From the IMG/VR virus record IMGVR_UViG_3300044825_001160, positions 1-52,845 of that record: DNA of 52,845 nucleotides; one strand, given 5' to 3'. Source of the DNA: a virus. Taxonomy: Duplodnaviria > Caudoviricetes. The position numbers were made by a program, and so were the translations under genes. Positions 8,014-17,129 of the stretch are shown here, piece by piece. Every line of letters begins with the position of its first letter. Position 1 is the stretch's first letter. The notes beneath the pieces are model-generated. The model was not told the DNA's origin. It saw only the letters and a list, made by a program, of their open reading frames with translations, and ran no database searches.

Positions 8014-10655
8014 TTACCCTCCTTCTTGGGTTTAGCCTGTGGTTGTTTCTGCTGTGCGGCGCGTTGCCGTTCTTGGGACTGCATCTGCCGAATGCTCTGC
8101 TCGTCCCGCTGCTCCCGGTCCTGTGCCCGGTGCATGTGTTCAATCCCCGTGCGGAAGCCCTCAAGCTCGTGCTTGGACATGTCCAACTCACCGCGCATCT
8201 CAAGCTCTTTCTCGCGAAGCTCCAACTCATCCTGACGTGCTGCCGAGTCGAGGATGTCTTTAGTCTGCTTGCGCTCGGACTCCGCTTCCGCCTGACGCTC
8301 ACGCATCTCCAATTCACGGGCCTTCAGGTCAAGCTCCTGCATCCGCACCTGCTGCTGCATCTGAAGCTCTTGCATCTTCATCTGCTGCTCAAGCTGGACC
8401 TGCTGTGCCTTGAGGTCGGCCAGTTGCTTCTTGATCTGGAGGTCCATCTGCTGCATCTGGATGAGCGGATCCTGCATCTGCTGCTGCGCTTGCTGCATCT
8501 GCATCTCAGCCTGATCCTTCTGCAGAAGCCGCCCTGCGGCTTGCGAGGCAAGCTGCGAAAGCTGTACCTCGATCTCAGGCGGCAAGTGCCCCAACTCCTT
8601 GTCGTCCCCACTGAAGTCGGGCGGGGGCGGGAGGCTTGCGCCGAGTTGTTTCTCCAACTCCTTCCGATACTGGAAGGACACATGCTCCATGATGTGTTCG
8701 CTTGCAGCAGCCATGATGGCTTGTGCGTTGGGGTTCTGCCCGACAACCGCCGCAATCTTCGGATCCTGCATCGCAGCCATGTGGACAGCCAGATGCGCCT
8801 CGTGGTCCTGATAGAGGAACGCCTTGACCGGCTTCTGGCGCATGATCGCCATGTTCTCCGACACGGGGTCGAGTGGCTTCATGTCATCTTCATCCGGGAT
8901 GAGCTTGGCGGCGTTCTTCACCCCCAAGACCTCGATCATCTGCCGGTGGAGCGCCGGGAGGTCGTAGATATCAGGTGCCGTCTGGGCCAACTGCATCACC
9001 GCCTGATACTGCACAACCCGCTGGGCAAGCGTGGAGGAGTTGGGGTCCGAGACCGGGATGACATCGACTTGGTCATAGTCGGACTTCTTGGCCGCCGCAT
9101 CTCCCACGTCCGGCTCGTAGTTGTAACTGTCCGGAGCCGTATCCCGGATGATCGCTGCAAGGAGCTTGAACTCCTGCTTCATCGCGTAGTGGATCCGCGC
9201 CTGCACGGCACTCATCACCTTCAACGCCCGCTCCAGCACGGCGAGCGTGGTGCCCACCGGAGCCTGTGCCGACATATCCGAGATCTTGAGATCGCCCGCC
9301 GCCGCGAACTGCTTGCCCTCAACCACGATGCGGTCCATCAGTGCCGCAAGGGTCTGGCTAGGCTCTTTATAAGGAAGGGGCAGGATGTTGTCCCGGATAG
9401 ACCCCGACGGGAGGTCCACATCACGGAACTCGCCCGGTGCGATGGGCGTGTCATCTCCCTTGATCCGAAGCCCTCGGCTCTTCAACCCCCCGGGGAGGTT
9501 AGACAGCGTGCCCGCATCAACAAGCTGGCGCAGCAGCGACGTGGCTGCCTGCGTATGTCCCCCGATCAGGTGGATCAGGCCGAAGTAGTAGAACCCGAAG
9601 CCGGGGATGTATCCGTAGTGGACGAAGTGCTGTCGGCGGTGCTTGAGTCGGTCGTCGGGGAGCCAGTTGCGTCGGATGGCAAGGACGGTGCCGGTTCCTT
9701 TTTCAATCGTGACGATGTACGGGAGCGCGATGCCGGTCGGGGCACCCTTCTTATCCTTATCCTCATAACCCTCCAAGTCCATATCAACGTGCATTTCAAG
9801 AATCTGGAACCGGTCATCCGAAGATGCCGAGAAGCCTTGGTCCTGTGCCTTCTGCTTCTCTACCTCGTCCAGCACATGCTGCGGCTCGCCAAGGTCCACA
9901 TCACGGTAGAACCCGGCCACCTGAAGCTTGCGTAGCTCGTTCTTTGTCTTCCTCATGCGGTGCGTCACACGCTCCGCCGACTCAAGGCTCGCCGCCCCGT
10001 AGGGCACCACGATGTCCTCAGCACTGATGAACATCGCCGTCTGGCGGTCAAGGGAAGGGTCGAAATAGATCTTCTTGAAGGCGTTACCCGAGAGGGCTAC
10101 CGCGAGCAGCATCCGCTCATGCTCCGGGCGATACTCCTGCATCACCTCGGTCAACTGGTAGTTCATATCCTCTTCGACGCGCTTGGCAGCGGCGAGCTTC
10201 TCCGGGGTCTCCCTGCCAATGATCCGCGTCCTGACCGGCCCGCCTGCGGGGAAGGTCTCCATGATGGTCTCGGACTGGAACTTGATCGCCGACTCCATCA
10301 GGAGCGGATGGAAGACGCCACACGCGCCACTCCACGGCTCGCTTCGCTCCTCATACTTGAGGCCAAGAAGCTTCAACCCCTTCACGTACGTGTCCAGCCA
10401 CTCTTTGCGGCTCTGGAGATCTGCGTCATAATCGCCCAGCAACTCGCCTGAGATCTCCGCAAGGTGGGACTCCGCCATCTCCTCGGCGAGGTTGGCCTCA
10501 AACTCCCCCTCATAGTCTGACTTCTCCATGTGCATGGAGAACCCCGGCATGGAGATACTCATCTCCTCCGGGTCAACCACTTCGATCTCAATTGGCTCTT
10601 CATCCAACGCACCAAGACCCATGGGTGCGCCGTAGAGTGCTTTGTCGATGGCCAT
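8010..10655 (-). CDS. Portal protein (P22-like) with Gln-rich coiled-coil C-terminus
   Basis: 881 aa after terL; PWSGACGVFHPLL, FKKIYFD, GFGFYYFGLIHL, LVDAGTLSNLPGG. Confidence 0.85.
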   Translation of the reverse strand: MAIDKALYGAPMGLGALDEEPIEIEVVDPEEMSISMPGFSMHMEKSDYEGEFEANLAEEMAESHLAEISGELLGDYDADLQSRKEWLDTYVKGLKLLGLKYEERSEPWSGACGVFHPLLMESAIKFQSETIMETFPAGGPVRTRIIGRETPEKLAAAKRVEEDMNYQLTEVMQEYRPEHERMLLAVALSGNAFKKIYFDPSLDRQTAMFISAEDIVVPYGAASLESAERVTHRMRKTKNELRKLQVAGFYRDVDLGEPQHVLDEVEKQKAQDQGFSASSDDRFQILEMHVDMDLEGYEDKDKKGAPTGIALPYIVTIEKGTGTVLAIRRNWLPDDRLKHRRQHFVHYGYIPGFGFYYFGLIHLIGGHTQAATSLLRQLVDAGTLSNLPGGLKSRGLRIKGDDTPIAPGEFRDVDLPSGSIRDNILPLPYKEPSQTLAALMDRIVVEGKQFAAAGDLKISDMSAQAPVGTTLAVLERALKVMSAVQARIHYAMKQEFKLLAAIIRDTAPDSYNYEPDVGDAAAKKSDYDQVDVIPVSDPNSSTLAQRVVQYQAVMQLAQTAPDIYDLPALHRQMIEVLGVKNAAKLIPDEDDMKPLDPVSENMAIMRQKPVKAFLYQDHEAHLAVHMAAMQDPKIAAVVGQNPNAQAIMAAASEHIMEHVSFQYRKELEKQLGASLPPPPDFSGDDKELGHLPPEIEVQLSQLASQAAGRLLQKDQAEMQMQQAQQQMQDPLIQMQQMDLQIKKQLADLKAQQVQLEQQMKMQELQMQQQVRMQELDLKARELEMRERQAEAESERKQTKDILDSAARQDELELREKELEMRGELDMSKHELEGFRTGIEHMHRAQDREQRDEQSIRQMQSQERQRAAQQKQPQAKPKKEGK

Positions 10656-10664
10656 TCAAATCTC

Positions 10665-10928
10665 CTAGCGCCGCTTCAACGTCGCCCTGTTCGTTTCGGG
10701 ATTATAGGTGTATCGCCCAGCAGGTTTGCCACTGTATTTGGCCGCACGGTCTTTGGCTCGCTCGGCGGCTGTCATATTGTCCCGTTTACGTCCTTCGGGG
10801 GTAAGGTTCCCTTTGGCATCGACATGCCCACGTTTTTTCAGGATCTCAAGCGCAGTATCCCTATTCCCCACCTGCGCGGTGAGGCGGTCAATTAACTGCC
10901 CACGACCCATATATTTCTGTGTTGCCAT
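10665..10928 (-). CDS. Hypothetical basic protein
   Basis: 87-aa ORF whose start overlaps the terL stop. Confidence 0.6.
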   Translation of the reverse strand: MATQKYMGRGQLIDRLTAQVGNRDTALEILKKRGHVDAKGNLTPEGRKRDNMTAAERAKDRAAKYSGKPAGRYTYNPETNRATLKRR

Positions 10929-12448
10929 CAGTAATACGCCGCACGGCGAGAGCGTGATGATTTAAAATACTGTATGGGCTCAGGCTCGTCTGACGGCAGC
11001 GTGATAAAGCCCCCCTGACGGAACCGAAGAAGTGCGAGTGTGGTCGCATCGACCAAGTCATCGTTGCGCCCTGCGGGGAAGTCATTACACTCCTCCATTA
11101 CTTCTCTCGCCCATCGACGATCCGGTGCCCACACCATACCCGAACGGAAGAGATCCGTCACGGCATTCACCCGGCTGATCTTGTCCTGCCCCTTACCGGG
11201 GGTAAACTCGCTCATCGGCACGCCCATCCGCCGCATCTCCTGATAGAGCGCCGCCCCGTTGGACTTCTTCTCCACGATAAAGCTGTCCGGCTCCCACTCT
11301 TTATACTCATCCAACACCAACTGCTTCAGGTCCGGGAACTCCATCCGCTCCTTGACCGCATTCAACAGGATGATGTTGTAGGCGTTGGTCTCCTCGTTCA
11401 TAAACACCCCCCACGTCAGGAGGGCGTTGTAGTCGGCACGGTTGTTGGTCTCCTGTGCGGCGTCGAGGGACATGATGATGAACTCGCACTGGGGCGGTCG
11501 GTCCTTCTCCCAGACCTGCCACCACTCCCTCTTTATTAACGCCCCCTCCTCACTGGTCGGCTGCTGCATGTACTGGGCCTGCCAGTACCGGGGGTCCATG
11601 CCCGCCTTCTTTGCCATCAACTCGTCAATCGACCAGAAGTCAGGCCAGAGCGGCTTCTCATTCAGAATGGCAGGGAACTCCACCACCTCCCACTGATCGG
11701 CGTCATCATTCTTCGTCATGTGGTCGATGATCTGCCCCGTGAGGTCCAGCTTGGACCACCGAGTCATCACCACGATGATCGCGCCTCCCGGCATCAGTCG
11801 CTGGATCGGTCCTGATTGGAACCACTCCCATGCGGGGAGGAAGACATCGGGTCTTCCTTGTTTTGCTTCCTGTTCCGAGTGAGGGTCATCAATGATAAAA
11901 AGATCGGCACCGCGACCAGCGAGAGCGCCACCAACACCAATAGCAAAATACTCTCCATTAAAATTAGTCCCCCATCGCGAAGCAGATTTACTGTCTGCCT
12001 GAAGTTCGACTTGAGGAAATATTTCTTTGTAAGCATCGGCACCCACCAGATTTCGCACGCGACGACCGAATGACACCGCCAAATCGGCAGTGTGCGAGGC
12101 CATAATCACCTTCTTTTGCGGGTGATTACCCAAAAACCACGCTGGAGCGAGGTAGGAGATCATTTCTGACTTGCCGTGACGCGGGGCAATGTTGACAATT
12201 ACGCGCTTTTTGCGCCCGTTCGCCACATCTTCAAAGATTTTGGCAAGGCGACGGTGGTGTGGACCGACCTTGTACCCCGGGTAAACGTGCTGGATGAAGT
12301 CGAGAAACGAGGAACGACCTAATTTCTGGTTAACTTGCGTGTGATATTGCTTCAAAAGCTCTGCAACACGCCGTTTTTCCTTGTCTGGCAGCGTAGGAAG
12401 TGCTGTTTTCAGCTTTTGGATGTCTTGTGGCGTTAATTTAAGCTGCAT
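10928..12448 (-). CDS. terL: Terminase large subunit
   Basis: Walker A NIAPRHGKS, Walker B LFIIDDP, VVMTRW, C-terminal nuclease motif NDDLVDA. Confidence 0.95.
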   Translation of the reverse strand: MQLKLTPQDIQKLKTALPTLPDKEKRRVAELLKQYHTQVNQKLGRSSFLDFIQHVYPGYKVGPHHRRLAKIFEDVANGRKKRVIVNIAPRHGKSEMISYLAPAWFLGNHPQKKVIMASHTADLAVSFGRRVRNLVGADAYKEIFPQVELQADSKSASRWGTNFNGEYFAIGVGGALAGRGADLFIIDDPHSEQEAKQGRPDVFLPAWEWFQSGPIQRLMPGGAIIVVMTRWSKLDLTGQIIDHMTKNDDADQWEVVEFPAILNEKPLWPDFWSIDELMAKKAGMDPRYWQAQYMQQPTSEEGALIKREWWQVWEKDRPPQCEFIIMSLDAAQETNNRADYNALLTWGVFMNEETNAYNIILLNAVKERMEFPDLKQLVLDEYKEWEPDSFIVEKKSNGAALYQEMRRMGVPMSEFTPGKGQDKISRVNAVTDLFRSGMVWAPDRRWAREVMEECNDFPAGRNDDLVDATTLALLRFRQGGFITLPSDEPEPIQYFKSSRSRRAAYY

Positions 12449-13013
12449 CTTCGCTATTTTCGTCGTCGGCGTCGATTATTTCCTCGTCATCCGAGCCAAT
12501 TACGCGATATTCGATGTTATCCAGCACCGAGAGAAGCTCTTTTTCGACCTCTTCGATGGGCAGGATCTTGTGCGTGACCTCTGAACGGCGCTTGAAGGCG
12601 TCGATGCCGTCGATTTCACCCAGTTTTGTCAAAGCACTGATGCGATCCCGGGTTGAACTGGAGTGTTCGACCTCGTAGACCAGCTTATTAATGATGTAGA
12701 GCTTGTAGTCCGTAAGCTCGTTGACCAGCATGCAGTTGGTCTGAGCGACCATCCCGGCCAGATACGCCATCGTCTCATTCGGATATTTGCTGAAATCCGG
12801 ACGCATTTTAGGGTCTTTCAGCATCTCCTTGGCGAGTACTGTCGCTTCTTCTTTAGCTTCTTCTGTTGGCACGATGGGGATGCCTGTCAAATCGGACAGG
12901 AGCTTCATCGTCCGCGCTCGCATCGCGACTTCTTCGGCGGGGGTCAGATCGGGCAGGGCTTCTGCCGCTTTAGCAGGGAGAGGAATATCACTATCGATAT
13001 TGGGGATAATCAT
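12438..13013 (-). CDS. terS: Putative terminase small subunit
   Basis: 191 aa, helical, overlaps the terL start; RISALTKLGEIDGIDAF; call is largely positional. Confidence 0.65.
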   Translation of the reverse strand: MIIPNIDSDIPLPAKAAEALPDLTPAEEVAMRARTMKLLSDLTGIPIVPTEEAKEEATVLAKEMLKDPKMRPDFSKYPNETMAYLAGMVAQTNCMLVNELTDYKLYIINKLVYEVEHSSSTRDRISALTKLGEIDGIDAFKRRSEVTHKILPIEEVEKELLSVLDNIEYRVIGSDDEEIIDADDENSEDAA

Positions 13014-13081
13014 TCAGCGTGCGCCTTGGGGCGTTTGTATAACTATATAGCATAAACGGGAGGAGGTAAGGAATCCTACCC

Positions 13082-13194
13082 GGGGGGTGTTTTTAAAAAT
13101 GGGGTGGGGATTTGTGTAGATCTTAGCGTAGCGCCGCGCTCGGGGGGACCCGCTGAGATTTTGGGGGGTGCCCGGGGGGTGGGGCTGCGCTGGG
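13082..13194 (+). other. Strand-asymmetric G-tract cluster between terS and the early genes
   Basis: Seven runs of G4-G6 (e.g. GGGGGGTGCCCGGGGGGTGGGG) in non-coding DNA. Confidence 0.7.
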
Positions 13195-13198
13195 TAGC

Positions 13199-13219
13199 GT
13201 TCTGCCACCCTGTCAGAAT
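13199..13219. promoter_or_regulatory. Palindromic element copy 1 (degenerate)
   Basis: GTTCTGCCA-CCC-TGTCAGAAT preceded by TAGC. Confidence 0.7.
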
Positions 13220-13306
13220 GGTCTAGAGCTTGACTAAACGAACGACGGCGCTCAATCTGCACTTACCGGATGGCATGTCGCCGCCGGCAATAGTGGAGAT
13301 ACAGTC

Positions 13307-14020
13307 ATGACTAAGTCGAAAGTAGCAACGGCCATGGGCATCCGCACGATGCAGGACTGCGCCATCGCGGTAGATACCGCTGCCACGCTGGAAGGCAGCG
13401 CGATCGAGTACCTGAGGACCAAGGGTGTGCTCCCTCGCGGGAACGCGAAGGGTGAGACGGCAGAGGAATACACGTCCTACCTCACGGGCTTCGAGCCCGA
13501 CAAGGGGCTCGCGGACGAATTCCGTTCGCACCTCGGCGTGATCATGGCCACGCGCCGGGATCGCGAGCACGGGGAGCGCCGCTACGCTCGCACAAAGGAC
13601 GGAAAGGTCCGGCGTGCGACAGGCAAGGACAAGGACGAAGCCTGCTTTGTCTTGTCCGCTGTGGCCGCGTTCACGCGTGATCAAGAGACGATCACGGCGC
13701 TCCCCGGCTCGCGTGGTGACCTCACCACGGAGAAGGGTTTGTGGTGGGCCGAGCGTAAGACGGTGCAGGATGGCGTCGCACAGCGCTTCGGACGGCTGAA
13801 GAGTGCGGCGGGTGTCTTCATCGACGCCACGGGCAAGACAACGCGGGGCACTCGCGCATCGAACAAGAGCGTGGGTGAGATCCTCGCCGAGGCGCACGGT
13901 CGCGTAATCAAGCGCTGCCGCAGCGAAGGATGCGCACCATGGGAGGAGGTGCAGAAGGTACTCAAGGATGCCGAGCAGCGCATCGCAGCGCTGGTCGATG
14001 CACGCAAACTGGACGCGTGA
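13307..14020 (+). CDS. Hypothetical early protein
   Basis: 237 aa; GGAGA RBS; followed by a terminator. Confidence 0.75.
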   Translation: MTKSKVATAMGIRTMQDCAIAVDTAATLEGSAIEYLRTKGVLPRGNAKGETAEEYTSYLTGFEPDKGLADEFRSHLGVIMATRRDREHGERRYARTKDGKVRRATGKDKDEACFVLSAVAAFTRDQETITALPGSRGDLTTEKGLWWAERKTVQDGVAQRFGRLKSAAGVFIDATGKTTRGTRASNKSVGEILAEAHGRVIKRCRSEGCAPWEEVQKVLKDAEQRIAALVDARKLDA

Positions 14021-14025
14021 CTGAC

Positions 14026-14055
14026 GGGGCGGGCCGCGAGGCTCGCCCCTTTTTT
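14026..14055 (+). terminator. Intrinsic terminator
   Basis: GGGGCGGGCC-GCGA-GGCTCGCCCC-TTTTTT; GNRA loop. Confidence 0.85.
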
Positions 14056-14072
14056 AACCTAGGAGGACTGAT

Positions 14073-14282
14073 ATGGACGCAAGAACACAAGGGCAGCTAT
14101 ACGGGCTGCTCGTCTCATGGATCAACTACGGGGTAGACAACGGGGCGGACGAAGAGACTGCCGCCATTGCGTACAGGCTGGCAGTGGAACTCCTCCCGGA
14201 TAGGGAGGTGGCCGGACCAGAATTGACGGAAGATGAGCGCCGGTTTTTTGAGATCCTCGCCGAGGAAATGCGGCGCGACTGA
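14073..14282 (+). CDS. Hypothetical early protein (acidic)
   Basis: 69 aa; AGGAGG RBS. Confidence 0.7.
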   Translation: MDARTQGQLYGLLVSWINYGVDNGADEETAAIAYRLAVELLPDREVAGPELTEDERRFFEILAEEMRRD

Positions 14283-14289
14283 TCTCAAC

Positions 14290-14324
14290 GGGGTGGGGGC
14301 CACGCGGCTCCCGCCCCTTTTTTT
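14290..14324 (+). terminator. Intrinsic terminator
   Basis: GGGGTGGGGGCC-ACGC-GGCTCCCGCCCC-TTTTTTT. Confidence 0.85.
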
Positions 14325-14336
14325 GGCCCTTTGAAA

Positions 14337-14515
14337 CCAGTTCCCAGCGCGAGCGCGCTCGCCCGCCACCACGCAGCCCACCGCGTACGCCTTGTCTAGC
14401 CCAGCCCACTAAGTAGCATTCTGACAGCGTGTCAGAACGGTGCCCATGATGCCAGTTCCTAGCGCGAGCGCGCCCAGCGTGGCCGCTAAATAGTGTTCTG
14501 ACAGCGTGTCAGAAC
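14337..14515 (+). repeat. Two composite units: a 22-bp GC-rich repeat followed by palindrome copies 2 and 3
   Basis: CCAGTTCC(C/T)AGCGCGAGCGCGC at 14337-14358 and 14452-14473; (A/G)TTCTGACA-GCG-TGTCAGAAC at 14418-14438 and 14495-14515. Confidence 0.85.
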
Positions 14516-14702
14516 GAGATGGTTTAGAATATCGAGATTTTAGCTGGTCAGCTCATTTAGTACGGTTAATCGCGTAAGTTTAACCTGTTCCGGACGCATT
14601 ACCTGACAAACAGGTGCGAGAAGTCGGTATGACCGTACTAATTTAGATTTTGGTTAAAAAACGATCAATTTAGCAAAAACGTGGTACTTTTTGGCAAAAA
14701 TC

Positions 14703-15209
14703 CTGTTCCATTAGTAAAGCGCCGTTCCAGAAAATTAAGTGTACTTATGGAACAGGATTAAACTTAACTGTACTCTGCAAGTCGCTAAGTTATTGATTTT
14801 CACTTTGTTTCGGGGGTCAACTTTACTAATGAAAAGTGCCGCTTATACTATTTTCGAGTTTTGTTCCGTTGTTCCAGCGTTTTTAGAGGGGGGGAACCCC
14901 CGCGCATTTTCGCGAGGTCTTGGAACAAGACTGTACAAATGGCAGCAAGTGTGCAGGGGTCGTCCCCTCTCCAAAATCGCTGGAACAACGGAACAAAACA
15001 AAAAAATAAATATAACTTTATATCTTATATATATAGTTACATTTTTCTACTCTAACAAAATCAATCACTTACAAGCCCCCTCATTTTTTCATTAACCCAG
15101 TTAGAGACAAACCCTGTTCCATAAGTCCAACTATTTTTCTGGAACGGCCGGAACGGCTGGAACAGCCCTTTACTAATTACCCTTAGTTTTCAATAAAATC
15201 AAACACTTA
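14703..15209. other. Putative replication origin: nested inverted repeats, GTTCC/GGAAC motifs, IHF sites and an AT-rich tract
   Basis: Perfect 22-bp IR 14858-14879/14978-14999; 14-bp IRs 14743-14756/15113-15126 and 14721-14734/15135-15148; IHF consensus at 14786-14798(-), 15059-15071(+) and 15197-15209(+); AT tract 15000-15045. Confidence 0.55.
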
Positions 15210-15266
15210 CCTCTCCCCTGCCCAAATCCCTGCCCAAATCCCCCTAAATTCTCATTTTTTCGTTGT

Positions 15267-15381
15267 CTATCTTTCGTACCTAACCTCTTGCAATAAGTAC
15301 AGTATTGTGAGACAATACGAAACATGGGGAAGCACCTAGTTACCGCTTCTCCTAGATAGCGTTCTGACACGGTGTCAGAAC
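15267..15381 (+). promoter_or_regulatory. Early promoter with upstream box, leader hairpin and palindrome copy 4
   Basis: CTATCTTTCGTA (15267-15278), N9, TTGCAA-N17-GACAAT (15288-15316, with TG extension), hairpin 15326-15352, GTTCTGACAC-G-GTGTCAGAAC 15361-15381. Confidence 0.7.
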
Positions 15382-15410
15382 GGAGTAATCATTCAGTAGG
15401 AGATACAGTC

Positions 15411-16121
15411 ATGCGATACCTCGCAATCGGCAACAACGCCAAGACCGTGAAGTCAGACCAAGGCGGCGAGTACCTCACCGCGATCATGTACCTCGCCCCC
15501 GCCGACACGGTGCCGGGCATCAATCTCTGCCCGATGGCAGAACTTGCCCAGTGCAAGGCTCCCTGCCTGTTCTCCGCAGGACGCGGCGCGTTCGCATCCG
15601 TTCAGGATGCCCGGGTTGCCAAGACGATTGAATTCCGCGACGACCGCGAGGCGTTCATGCTTCAGCTTGTGGCAGACATCCGCACGGCACGGCGCAAGGC
15701 AAACAGGCTCGGGGTCAAGTTGGCCGTGCGCTTGAATGGCACGTCGGACATTGCATGGGAGAACGTGATGTTCTGGTACGGGGACCGCTACCTGAACCTG
15801 ATGGAGCTTTTCCCTGATGTGCAATTCTACGACTACACCAAGCTCCCGGGCAGGAAAGTCCCTGCCAACTACCATCTGACCGTGAGCTACTCGGGCGCGA
15901 ACGCAGCCTATGCGAAGAAGACAAGCAAGACCCCGCACAACATCGCTGTGGTCTTCTCGGGCGCGCTCCCTGCCACCTACCTTGGCAGGCCTGTGATCAA
16001 TGGGGACAAGGACGACTTGCGCTTCCTCGACCCGGCAGGCGTGGTCGTCGGCCTCACAGCCAAGGGCAAGGCAAAGAAGGACACCTCGGGCTTCGTCATT
16101 CGTCTGCAGGAGGTTGCGTGA
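15411..16121 (+). CDS. GP88-like protein with a three-Cys cluster
   Basis: Start 15411 after AGGAGA; NLCPMAELAQCKAPCL, VRLNGTSDI, QFYDYTK, GDKDDLRFLD. Confidence 0.6.
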   Translation: MRYLAIGNNAKTVKSDQGGEYLTAIMYLAPADTVPGINLCPMAELAQCKAPCLFSAGRGAFASVQDARVAKTIEFRDDREAFMLQLVADIRTARRKANRLGVKLAVRLNGTSDIAWENVMFWYGDRYLNLMELFPDVQFYDYTKLPGRKVPANYHLTVSYSGANAAYAKKTSKTPHNIAVVFSGALPATYLGRPVINGDKDDLRFLDPAGVVVGLTAKGKAKKDTSGFVIRLQEVA

Positions 16122-16300
16122 TGAGCATGTCAGAGATCATCCAGAGCTATTACAAGCGTGGTTTCCGCCTCATCCACGAGGCCGAGCATGCGTACGAGGA
16201 CGGGCATGGTGTGGAGGTAGTGCTCCAGCGTCTTGGCACGCTGGTGTGCATTCGCGAGCCCCTGCAGGGTTACATCATCGTCGAGGAGGACTACGCGTGA
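16118..16300 (+). CDS. Hypothetical protein
   Basis: 60 aa, overlaps the previous stop; GGAGG upstream. Confidence 0.55.
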   Translation: MMSMSEIIQSYYKRGFRLIHEAEHAYEDGHGVEVVLQRLGTLVCIREPLQGYIIVEEDYA

Positions 16301-16382
16301 GCAGGACATATCACAACCGGAAGGACAACAAAAAGCGGCGTGCGCTCACGCGCAAGCTGCGCAACCGCAAGGAGAAAGTGTA

Positions 16383-16556
16383 ATGGACGCTAAATCTGAT
16401 GGTTTGGTGTGGTTCGTCAAAGGCGCAGAGGAAGAGGGGTGCTTTACCACAAAAACAGGGGCAGAGGCTTTCGCCCGCATGATGTTTCAAGACGAAGACC
16501 CAAGCACTCGCTATGCCCGCATCTACTACCGCAATCTTTGGAAATTGGAAGCATGA
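16383..16556 (+). CDS. Hypothetical protein
   Basis: Start MDAKSDG after AGGAG. Confidence 0.55.
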   Translation: MDAKSDGLVWFVKGAEEEGCFTTKTGAEAFARMMFQDEDPSTRYARIYYRNLWKLEA

Positions 16557-16900
16557 GCAAGCACGGGGAACAGGACATGAGCTACAGAGACGTGAACTAC
16601 AACAAGATCGGCCTTGCACACAACCCGGAGCCGCCCGATCCCGGGCCGAGCGAGGAGGAGCGGATCGAGTACAAGTACAGCCAGATCCGGGACAGCGAGT
16701 GGCACATCGACCGGTGCTTTGAGGGTGATGAGAAGCTGGTAGCCCATCTTGCGCGCTTGCTCGCTCACTACCGTGAGCACCCGGGGGGAGACCTGCGCCC
16801 CATCGTGGACGCATTGAACGAGTGGCTGGACAGTGAACTGTGGGAGTACGCCAAGATCATCGTGTCTGAGCGTAACAAGCGTGGCGACTATGACTTCTAA
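16553..16900 (+). CDS. Hypothetical protein
   Basis: ATGA overlap start (MSKHGEQ); a downstream Met is an alternative start. Confidence 0.6.
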   Translation: MSKHGEQDMSYRDVNYNKIGLAHNPEPPDPGPSEEERIEYKYSQIRDSEWHIDRCFEGDEKLVAHLARLLAHYREHPGGDLRPIVDALNEWLDSELWEYAKIIVSERNKRGDYDF

Positions 16901-16910
16901 GGAGATTGAT

Positions 16911-17129
16911 ATGAGCGACTACAACACGACCAAGCACGCGAGCCGCTGCACCTACCTGCAGGACGGGGTCTACCCGCACTGCGACTGTGGCGTGCGTGAC
17001 CGGGGCATTGAGATGTTCGCCAAGGCGATGGGCGGGATCTCCATCGAGCAGGCAGAAGAGATGCTCTCGACCATCGACAGCGTGATGGGCAGGCTGTTCA
17101 CCGGCAGGGACAAAGAGGAGGAGGTGTGA
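16911..17129 (+). CDS. Hypothetical protein with Cys/His motif
   Basis: AAGGAG RBS; HASRC...HCDCG. Confidence 0.6.
   Translation: MSDYNTTKHASRCTYLQDGVYPHCDCGVRDRGIEMFAKAMGGISIEQAEEMLSTIDSVMGRLFTGRDKEEEV

Noticed and set aside
8043-9935. 630-aa plus-strand ORF
   Set aside because: Antisense shadow of the codon-biased portal gene; the same applies to the other long antisense ORFs over capsid, AAA and SSB-like genes
13230-13258. Sigma70 promoter TTGACT-N17-CAATCT for the first early gene
   Set aside because: Good -35 but weak -10; plausible, not strong enough to call
14418-14515. Mini-CRISPR array from two palindromic repeats
   Set aside because: Only two adjacent copies; the 56-nt gap itself contains a repeated element; no resemblance to CRISPR repeat ends I know; no cas operon
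14858-14999. Protelomerase telomere site or transposon ends
   Set aside because: The arms are separated by a 98-bp spacer, and no protelomerase or transposase was recognised
15141-15165. Alphaproteobacterial LexA box (GAAC-N7-GAAC)
   Set aside because: Spacing is N5 here and N4 at 14863-14874, not N7
14739-15370. ORFs of 118, 64 and 65 aa in the AT-rich region
   Set aside because: No RBS, atypical composition, and they overlap the inverted-repeat and promoter structure; treated as non-coding
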